Positions 1 through 7,101 of a DNA stretch of 11,372 bases are shown piece after piece (the first letter of the stretch is position 1; every line of letters starts with the position of its first letter). This DNA is from Candidatus Hodarchaeota archaeon. GTDB lineage: Archaea > Asgardarchaeota > Lokiarchaeia > Sigyniarchaeales > SOKP01. The position numbers and the translations under genes are program-made. The notes beneath the pieces were generated by a model, which had not been told where the DNA came from, made no database searches, and saw only the letters and a list, made by a program, of their open reading frames with translations. Location of the stretch: NCBI GenBank assembly GCA_048887225.1, contig JBHLJY010000040.1, forward strand, positions 1 to 11,372. Direction: 5' to 3'.

Positions 1-377
1 ACAAGAGCAATATATTGAAATCCTTCCTCTCCCCAAATTCCTTCAACTAGAGGAAAAGCGAGATGAACTACATTAAATCCAAATATGGTCATCAAAATTA
101 AACCTCTTATCTCTCTTGGAGCCTTCCTAAAAAGAATCAAACCAAGAAAGAGCATACCAAGACCAAAAAATATTATAATCAGCGGAATTAAAATTAATGA
201 TAGGTTGAATTCTAAGGTGCTCATTACTCTCAGAATTATTGCTGGAAGAGTTACATTGAAAATTATTTTCGCAATTACTTTACCATTCTCTTCAGTAATA
301 ATCTTGAGCTTTTTTAGTATAAATCCTATCACTATTATAGCTAAGGATAAAAGAAAAATGTAATTTACATCTGCCAT
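1..377 (-). CDS. AEC (auxin efflux carrier / malate permease-like) family transporter, N-terminal 125 aa; 3' end lies outside the window
   Basis: Manual translation from ATG at 377 is open to the window edge: MADVNYIFLLSLAIIVIGFILKKLKIITEENGKVIAKIIFNVTLPAIILR...IFGFNVVHLAFPLVEGIWGEEGFQYIAL. 'IGF.LKK', 'IFNVTLPA' and 'N...LAFPLV..IWG' match the AEC/Mem_trans N-terminal half. Absent from the ORF track because there is no stop codon in the window. Confidence 0.88.
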   Translation of the reverse strand, partial: MADVNYIFLLSLAIIVIGFILKKLKIITEENGKVIAKIIFNVTLPAIILRVMSTLEFNLSLILIPLIIIFFGLGMLFLGLILFRKAPREIRGLILMTIFGFNVVHLAFPLVEGIWGEEGFQYIAL

Positions 378-557
378 TTCTTAATCTTTTTGTTTTTTTC
401 AATATCCTAATGAAATATTTAAGATAGTTAATTGAATAATTAATCTATTATCTTTTCACTTCTTTGTACAAAAAAATGAAAAAGGCCTTATTTAACGATT
501 ACTTTTCATATATGAGTTTAAATTTCATTCAACTTCTTGAAAATAGTGAAATAAATA

Positions 558-1172
558 TTGAAATTAAAATTAAGTAAATGGCGAATAATATCAGTTATAC
601 CAGGCATTTTTGTAATTGTATCTTATTATACTTTTACATTTATCTCACTTGCGTTATGTCCGTCACCAATCAGTCCTTTAGATAATTGGTTAAGCGATTT
701 AGGGAACTCAAGCTACAATCCTAATGGTGCTATTTTCTATAATATTGGTTGTATTTTAACTGGAAGTGCGTTGTTTATCTTTTATATTGGCATGTATAAA
801 TTCTATAGAAAAGAGATTTGGCATAAAATATTAGTAATTACCAATCAAACAGTAGGAATTTGTTCAGGATTCGCCTTAATTATGCTTGGCTTATATTCCG
901 AAGACTTTATGGAACCACATATGATTTGGGCGGGTCTTTTTTTTTGGTTAAATCTAATTGTTTTAATTCTAGCAAATATAATTTTGCTTTTTCATGAAGA
1001 TTTTATGAAGCCTATCTCAATTTACGGTTTGAGTGTTGCTGGTATTAATGTTATATTCGTAATTATAACATCATTTAGTGTTTTAATTCCATTACTTGAA
1101 TGGATTACGGTTTTCACAGCACTCGGTTATGTTGGATTAATAGTTTTCAATATATATAGAAAACTAGATTAA
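558..1172 (+). CDS. DUF998-like integral membrane protein (about 5 TM helices)
   Basis: TTG start. The 'SPLDNWLSDLG' motif follows TM1, then 'FYNIGCILTG' and 'GLYSED...H' precede further hydrophobic helices, which is the DUF998/Frag1-like pattern. Confidence 0.78.
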   Translation: MKLKLSKWRIISVIPGIFVIVSYYTFTFISLALCPSPISPLDNWLSDLGNSSYNPNGAIFYNIGCILTGSALFIFYIGMYKFYRKEIWHKILVITNQTVGICSGFALIMLGLYSEDFMEPHMIWAGLFFWLNLIVLILANIILLFHEDFMKPISIYGLSVAGINVIFVIITSFSVLIPLLEWITVFTALGYVGLIVFNIYRKLD

Positions 1173-1209
1173 CTTATTTATTATTTTCTTCTCATTTTTT
1201 TAATTGAAT

Positions 1210-2160
1210 TTAAACTGGTTCAAAGGCATTTATTTTTTCTAGGAAATCTAAAATTTTAAGGTATTTTTCGTCTTTTTTCCTAATTATTTCTTCTTCACTG
1301 CGTCCCTTGTACTCGTAAAATCCTTTAGAGGTCTTTATACCAAAATGGCCCTTCTCCACTTTATCTTTAATAATAGAAATATCCAAACCCATATTTTTGA
1401 TAACATCTGATATTACATCAAGTCCAACAAAATCCATGTTTTGAACTACTCCAACAAAAGGCAATCTTATGCTAAAACTAGTTTTTACTGCTAGATCAAT
1501 CTCTTCAGGTGTGGCAATCCCTCTCATTAAAAGACCAAATACAGCAGAATTGATTGCTTGTTGAATTTTATTAACGATAAAGGCATTTGTAAATTTTTTT
1601 AAAATGATTGGGGTTTTACCAAGTTTTTTTAACAAATTGAAAGATAAATCGATTATTTCTGGAGATGTTTTGCGCCCTGCCACTATTTCAACTAAAGGTA
1701 TTATGTGCGGCGGCCTGAACCAATGCTGTATTACCAACCTTTCAGGATTTTTCACATCAACAACTTTAAAAATATTTAATTCTGAAGTGTTGCTTGCTAA
1801 AATCGTATCTTCAGAACAATATTCATCTAATTGAGAGTATACTTTCCTTTTAATTTCACGACTTTCACTCACAGCCTCTACGATTAAGTTTGCCCTTCTC
1901 GCTGTGGTCTCAAGATTTGTTGAAGGATTGATACGATTTATAATAGCAGGAATTTCATTGTGAGGGACACGCTCATATTCAGCTAGTAGATCTAGATTTA
2001 ATTTGATTTTATTAATCGCGGAATTAAGTATTTCTTGCTTTAAATCAACTAAATCAACTTCAATTCCAGATTGAGCATAAACTTGTGCGATAGAATGCCC
2101 CATCGTGCCTGCTCCGACCACCAAAACTCGCTTTATATCATTTAACTTCAAAATCACCAC
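1210..2160 (-). CDS. 3-hydroxyacyl-CoA dehydrogenase family NAD-dependent oxidoreductase (carnitine/L-gulonate dehydrogenase-like branch)
   Basis: Rossmann motif VVGAGTMG with VLVD-type acidic residue (VDLVD), EAVSE, ASNTS, catalytic His-Glu pair in QHWFRPPHIIPLVE, and C-terminal G.KT.KGFY. The start could be GTG 2160, GTG 2157 or TTG 2151. Confidence 0.9.
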   Translation of the reverse strand: MVILKLNDIKRVLVVGAGTMGHSIAQVYAQSGIEVDLVDLKQEILNSAINKIKLNLDLLAEYERVPHNEIPAIINRINPSTNLETTARRANLIVEAVSESREIKRKVYSQLDEYCSEDTILASNTSELNIFKVVDVKNPERLVIQHWFRPPHIIPLVEIVAGRKTSPEIIDLSFNLLKKLGKTPIILKKFTNAFIVNKIQQAINSAVFGLLMRGIATPEEIDLAVKTSFSIRLPFVGVVQNMDFVGLDVISDVIKNMGLDISIIKDKVEKGHFGIKTSKGFYEYKGRSEEEIIRKKDEKYLKILDFLEKINAFEPV

Positions 2161-2203
2161 TTTTTAAACAAAAAATTTTAAATATAATAATAAAAAAAAT
2201 ACG

Positions 2204-3133
2204 TTATTTTAAACCTAATACTTCTTTGGCTTCATCAACAGTAGCAGGTTCTCTACCAATCTCACGGGCAATTCTTACCATCCGTTTAACTAGTTGAGCG
2301 TTACTCTTTACTGGTTCACCTTTTTGATAATATATCGTATCTTCCAGACCAGTTCTGATATTGCCTCCCATACACATTGCTATTACCGTCGTTCTAAGAT
2401 GATATCTGCTTATAGTTACTACTTGCCAAGTAGAACCTTCAGGGATTTTGTCAACCATATGAATTAAATTACTAACTGTGGCTGGTGCGCCACCTTGAAT
2501 ACCAAGTACGAGACTAAAATGAAGTTTTTCATCCTGCTCAAATATACCTAAATCAACTAAATCCATAATATTCTCAATGTGACTTATGTCATATGCTTCA
2601 ATTTCTATACCGGCCCCAATCTCTTTACATTTTTTAATATACTTTATATTAAAATCTATAGGATTATCGAAAATAAATGCTGTTTTCATACCTCTTGTAA
2701 CCGTTCTGAATTCAAAAGTACCAGCATTTATGGTAAACATATCAGGCTGTGGATTAATATTTAATAAGTTAAGTCTTTCGTCTAATGTGGCAAATCTAAG
2801 AGCTTGACCATATCTTTTACCTGTCTTACTTACCTTAACTCCATGTTCTAAACGGACGCCTATTCCATTACCTATTTGAGTAATAATGGGACATTTTTCT
2901 TTAATTAATTTCACAGTTTTGTTATAATATTTTAGTTCGGGAGTGGCCCATTCAGCATCGTCTCTTACATGGATGTGACATACAGCTGCACCTGCTTCAT
3001 AACACTCTAAAGCATCTCGTGCTTGTTCTTCTGCAGTTATAGGTAAATTTGGATTTGCCCATTTCCCATGAGCACCGCCTGTAATTGCAACAGTTATAAT
3101 TACTTTTTCATCAGTTAGAATATTTGGTTTCAC
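2204..3133 (-). CDS. BKACE / DUF849 beta-keto acid cleavage enzyme (3-keto-5-aminohexanoate cleavage enzyme family)
   Basis: IITVAITG, NPNLPIT.EE, metal-binding HxH (CHIHVRD), NIRTGLEDT with catalytic Arg and metal-ligand Glu, SNAQLV, GREPAT..EA. GTG start. Substrate not assignable, so kce is not used. Confidence 0.93.
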   Translation of the reverse strand: MKPNILTDEKVIITVAITGGAHGKWANPNLPITAEEQARDALECYEAGAAVCHIHVRDDAEWATPELKYYNKTVKLIKEKCPIITQIGNGIGVRLEHGVKVSKTGKRYGQALRFATLDERLNLLNINPQPDMFTINAGTFEFRTVTRGMKTAFIFDNPIDFNIKYIKKCKEIGAGIEIEAYDISHIENIMDLVDLGIFEQDEKLHFSLVLGIQGGAPATVSNLIHMVDKIPEGSTWQVVTISRYHLRTTVIAMCMGGNIRTGLEDTIYYQKGEPVKSNAQLVKRMVRIAREIGREPATVDEAKEVLGLK

Positions 3134-3276
3134 TTAAAGCACAGCTCAAATTAATAATTAAATTTTCAATTTTTTAATTTAATAATAATATAGTTTTAGT
3201 AAAAATATCATTAGTTTTTATTTTTCTGATTTCTGTTTAAATTCCTAATAAAAAAGGTTTAAAAAAAATTAAGGTT

Positions 3277-4407
3277 TTAAATTCTGCGAGGAGGAGGAAT
3301 TCTTATAATTCTTTCACCTTCAATCATGGATATGGCGTTTTCTGGGCAGAAATGCGCACATAAGCCACAACCTATACAATATTCTCCTACTCTTTCAGCT
3401 TTATTATCTTCATTCAATTGTATTGAGTCAAAATGACATTTTTCTATACATGTACCACATCCCACGCATAAATCTTGATTAAATTGCGATATATAGTTAG
3501 TCGCATTAATAGTAGGAAATCTGTGTCCTGATTGACCACAGCAACATTTACAGCAGTTGCATATGCTTGTCTCGTCTCTAGTAATATCGAATCCTGGATG
3601 ATATGCTTTATGAATCAATCCCGCCTCTTCTGCATCCTTTAGAATTTTTAACGCTTCCTCTTTTGAAACTAATCTTCCAAAACCATTTTCTGACACATGG
3701 CGAGCAGATTTTCCAAAAGTAAAACAATTCTCTCTAGCATCGGTCTGTTTACATGGATCACCCAATAAGTCATTATGATGCCTGCAAAAGCAATGTCCCA
3801 CAGCGATATCATCAAATTTATTTATGAGTTCTTCGACATTTTGCGTAGGTACAACTTTCTGTTCAGGGACTTCGATACTCTCATCAACGATAATTTCAAT
3901 ATCTTTCCCGGTCTCCTTATTTTTCAATATTGGAACTGTTCGATCAATTGGTCGCTGTTTTTGCATCATAGAAATTAACATATCGTAATTATTTTGAACG
4001 AGATCGCCTAATCCATCAAGTAATTTAGCAAATAAATTTGATAGCTTCTTATTTTCCTCAGAGAATACTAGTTTCTTCATAAAAGTATATTCAAATACAC
4101 CGACATTTATTAGTGGTAATAATCGATATACCATTACTCCTTGACGATTTGGTTGATTAAACATAACACCTTTCTTTGCTAAGGCTTCTGCTTTTTTCAA
4201 AATTTCATCTTCGGGCAATTTACTACTTTCTTTTAATTGTTCCATAGTTTGGGAAATTTTCCTTCTAAATGCTAAATTAATAAAATCTAACTCATCTTCA
4301 TTTATTATATACTTCAGAATTGTTAGTAATGTTTCATTTATAGGCAGAGGAGTTCCTCCAGCTTTATTAATTATACCTGCTGCTTTTTTATATTTTGCTT
4401 CTGACAT
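3277..4407 (-). CDS. 4Fe-4S dicluster protein with N-terminal winged-helix-like region and central Cys-rich domain, function unknown
   Basis: Two ferredoxin motifs, CVGCGTCIEKC and CIGCGLCAHFCP. Central HCFCR...C-x8-C...ICNCCKCCC. N-terminal 'MEQLKESSKLPEDEILKKAEALAKKGVMF' resembles a wHTH. Confidence 0.85.
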   Translation of the reverse strand: MSEAKYKKAAGIINKAGGTPLPINETLLTILKYIINEDELDFINLAFRRKISQTMEQLKESSKLPEDEILKKAEALAKKGVMFNQPNRQGVMVYRLLPLINVGVFEYTFMKKLVFSEENKKLSNLFAKLLDGLGDLVQNNYDMLISMMQKQRPIDRTVPILKNKETGKDIEIIVDESIEVPEQKVVPTQNVEELINKFDDIAVGHCFCRHHNDLLGDPCKQTDARENCFTFGKSARHVSENGFGRLVSKEEALKILKDAEEAGLIHKAYHPGFDITRDETSICNCCKCCCGQSGHRFPTINATNYISQFNQDLCVGCGTCIEKCHFDSIQLNEDNKAERVGEYCIGCGLCAHFCPENAISMIEGERIIRIPPPRRI

Positions 4408-4531
4408 CTTATTTTAAATTTTATTTTATTATATTAATACATTTTTCATATGACTTATATTTAGATCATAAGGGATTAAGACTAAAAAATAGTAAAAAAG
4501 GGAAAAAAAATAGAGATTTATGGGTTCTAAG

Positions 4532-5572
4532 TTAATTATGATTTAGGAAAGAAGCAGCTCTTTTTATGCTTTTCTCAGCACCGCGAACAATAGATTCAAT
4601 AATATCCGAAACACTATCGATACTACCAATCGCTCCGATACTTTGACCTAAAAGAACAGCACCGTCAGTAATGTTTCCATCATATATCATTTCATAATGC
4701 TTGCCATCTTCCAATAATTTTTCAATAGTTATGCCTTGTTCTTCAGCCAGCTTCTCTTCTTTGCTAGCAACGAGACCGTGATGCTCTGAATATTTATTTT
4801 TCCATAATCTAATTGGTCCTAAGAATCCTGTTACTAGTATTGTATCCTGAGCTTTTGCGGGAGGGACAATATTTTTGTAGGCTTCATGAAATTCACTTTC
4901 TTTTGAAGCAATAAATCTGGACCCCATGGCTATTGCCCCTGCTCCCATAGCTAAAGCAGCGGCAAGCCCATCACCAGTTGCAAATCCTCCACAAGCGATA
5001 ATAGGGAAATCTGGATATTTCTGCTTGACTTGCTGTAATAGAACTAATGTGCTTATTTTTTCATATGATTGGTGCCCTCCACCTTCACCTCCAGTTATTA
5101 CCATACCATCAACATTAGAAACAACGCACTTATCTGCAAGCCATAATGCGGGCGCAACATGAAAATGTTTTATATTTGAGCCACTCTCTTTTAATGCATC
5201 CCACGCTTTGCTTTTCATTAATTTCGACGATCCAGCACTCGTCAATGCGTATAAGCATTGTTCTTTAAGCTTTGGATTCTTCAATATAAATCTTGGGATT
5301 TTATTACATAATATTTTAGCATCTATTTGCAATCTTCCTGTTCGTATATTAAAACCAAAAGGTTTGTCAGTACGTTCAATTACCCACTCCATATCAGCTC
5401 TCATTTGATCAAGACTACTCTTGCCATACATGTTTGTATGACTTAAGATCCCCAAACCTCCTGCCTCAGAGACTGCTACACACAGTTCCTTAGTATAAAA
5501 AGGTCCCATAGGCGCAGCAACAATGGGATGCTTAATCCCAAACATTTCAGTAATTTGTGTTTTAATAACCAT
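4532..5572 (-). CDS. FMN-dependent nitronate monooxygenase / FabK-like enoyl-thioester reductase family protein
   Basis: T.ITEMFGIKHPIV.APM, AVSEAGGLGIL, TDKPFGFN, GGEGGGH (catalytic His), IACGGFATG, GAGAIAMGSRF..S.E, GQSIG. Confidence 0.9.
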   Translation of the reverse strand: MVIKTQITEMFGIKHPIVAAPMGPFYTKELCVAVSEAGGLGILSHTNMYGKSSLDQMRADMEWVIERTDKPFGFNIRTGRLQIDAKILCNKIPRFILKNPKLKEQCLYALTSAGSSKLMKSKAWDALKESGSNIKHFHVAPALWLADKCVVSNVDGMVITGGEGGGHQSYEKISTLVLLQQVKQKYPDFPIIACGGFATGDGLAAALAMGAGAIAMGSRFIASKESEFHEAYKNIVPPAKAQDTILVTGFLGPIRLWKNKYSEHHGLVASKEEKLAEEQGITIEKLLEDGKHYEMIYDGNITDGAVLLGQSIGAIGSIDSVSDIIESIVRGAEKSIKRAASFLNHN

Positions 5573-5773
5573 AATTCTTCATTTTTACTTTTGATTGTAA
5601 TTATAAATAATTTATAATTGAGAAAAATTAAGAGATCATAAAAAACTTTACAATGACGATCATCAATAATAGAAAAATTTTAAATTAAAATTTATTCATT
5701 GAATTTATTTATTACTTACAACTTATCTATTTAAATTACAGCTATTTAAAATAAGTTTAAAAGGTTGGAAAAA

Positions 5774-6943
5774 ATGGTTGATATTAAAAATGTTGTTGTA
5801 GTCGGTGCAGGCCAAATGGGTAATGGAATCGGCCAAGTGGCATTAATGGCTGGCTTCAACGTCACATTAGTTGATATTAAAGACGAATTTGTTGACAAAG
5901 GGTATGCTAAAATAGAAGAAGGTATGAAAAAACTTGAAGCTAAAGGTGCCTTAGGTGAGGGCGTAACAGCAGCTAATATTATGGCAAAATGTAAAAAGAC
6001 TTTAGATTTAGCATCAGCAGTGAAGGATGCGGATATAATTATTGAGGCTGTTATCGAGAATATGGACGTTAAAAAACAAGTTTTTAAAACTTGTGACGAA
6101 AATGCTCCTACCCATTGTATTATTGCCTCAAATACTTCTACAATGTCTATAACAGAAATGGCTACCGCAACCAATAGACAAGATAAATGTATTGGGATGC
6201 ACTTCTTTAATCCTGTACCTTTAATGAGGTGTATAGAAGTAATCTATGGTGGAAAAAGTTCTGATGAAAGTGTTAATGCTGGAATAAATTTTGCGGGTAA
6301 ATTACCTTGTCTCAGAGGCGAAAGATATATTGCAAAAGTATTAAAAGATAGACCAGGATTCATTGTAAATAGGGTAACTGCCCCTGTTCAAATATATCAA
6401 AATTATATATTTGATTTGGTTGCCGAAAAAGGTATTACTTGGGAACAACTTGATAATGATTCTGGTGGACCCATGCCTACGTGTGTATTAGCAGATTTCG
6501 TCGGTATTGATACATTATATCATGTACAGAATTATTATTCTAAGACTCTCTCACCTGAATTTGCACCTGGAAAAGTAATTACGAAAATGTTCAATGAAGG
6601 GAAGCTAGGAGCAAAAACTGGACAGGGATTTTATGATTGGTCTAAAGGGCGACCAAAACCAGATAAAAAGGCTGGAAAAGCGAGATTATTTAAACTTAAA
6701 TATCCAATAGCGATAATGATAAATGAGGGATGTAGAGTCTTAGAAGAAGGAATTACTACTAGTTGGAAAGTGATCGATGATGCTTTAATGGCTGGGATGA
6801 ATATGCCTGGTCCAATGCGTCCAAACCTTAAAACTTCTGAAAAACAAGTGGAAGTTTTAAATGAACTCGTAGAAATAACAGGTAAGACATATTTTAAACC
6901 AAGCGAGCTCTTGAAATCCGGAAAATGGGTTGATATGGAATAA
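5774..6943 (+). CDS. 3-hydroxyacyl-CoA dehydrogenase with a second, degenerate C-terminal 3HCDH domain
   Basis: VVGAGQMGNGI, IEAVIEN, ASNTS, GMHFFNP..LM..IE, KDRPGFIVNR, GKLG.KTGQGFY, then a repeat 'INEG..VLEEG......ID.A...G.N.PGP'. ATG 5774 is preferred over TTG 5765 because AAGGTTGG lies 5 nt upstream. Confidence 0.92.
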   Translation: MVDIKNVVVVGAGQMGNGIGQVALMAGFNVTLVDIKDEFVDKGYAKIEEGMKKLEAKGALGEGVTAANIMAKCKKTLDLASAVKDADIIIEAVIENMDVKKQVFKTCDENAPTHCIIASNTSTMSITEMATATNRQDKCIGMHFFNPVPLMRCIEVIYGGKSSDESVNAGINFAGKLPCLRGERYIAKVLKDRPGFIVNRVTAPVQIYQNYIFDLVAEKGITWEQLDNDSGGPMPTCVLADFVGIDTLYHVQNYYSKTLSPEFAPGKVITKMFNEGKLGAKTGQGFYDWSKGRPKPDKKAGKARLFKLKYPIAIMINEGCRVLEEGITTSWKVIDDALMAGMNMPGPMRPNLKTSEKQVEVLNELVEITGKTYFKPSELLKSGKWVDME

Positions 6944-7101
6944 TCCCCTTATAATTTTTTATAACTAATTAATCAATTCTTTTTTTTCCTTAATATCATT
7001 ACCTAAAAATAACGATTATTGCTTATAAAATCCTAACTAAAATTTTTTAAATGGATTATATTTTGTTATAATAAAGAATTTGTACTGTATATTCTTTTAA
7101 T

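Noticed and set aside
20-45. Apparent frameshift at the G run in the AEC gene
   Set aside because: Recounting gives TGG GGA GAG GAA GGA (WGEEG); the frame is intact.
85-363. 92-aa plus-strand ORF
   Set aside because: Antisense shadow of the AEC transporter, which has recognisable family motifs on the minus strand.
506-515. TCATATATGA palindrome, and the similar TCATATGA near 4446, as a shared operator
   Set aside because: They are short, differ in spacing and are expected by chance in AT-rich spacers.
3535-3564. Cys-rich motif as the missing radical-SAM activase
   Set aside because: CNCCKCCC does not contain CxxxCxxC spacing, and no radical-SAM barrel motifs are visible.
1604-6174. Small ORFs 1604..1834, 2579..2764, 2586..2807, 3775..3978, 4926..5162, 5208..5408 and 5746..6174
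   Set aside because: All lie antisense to well-supported genes and have no motifs of their own.
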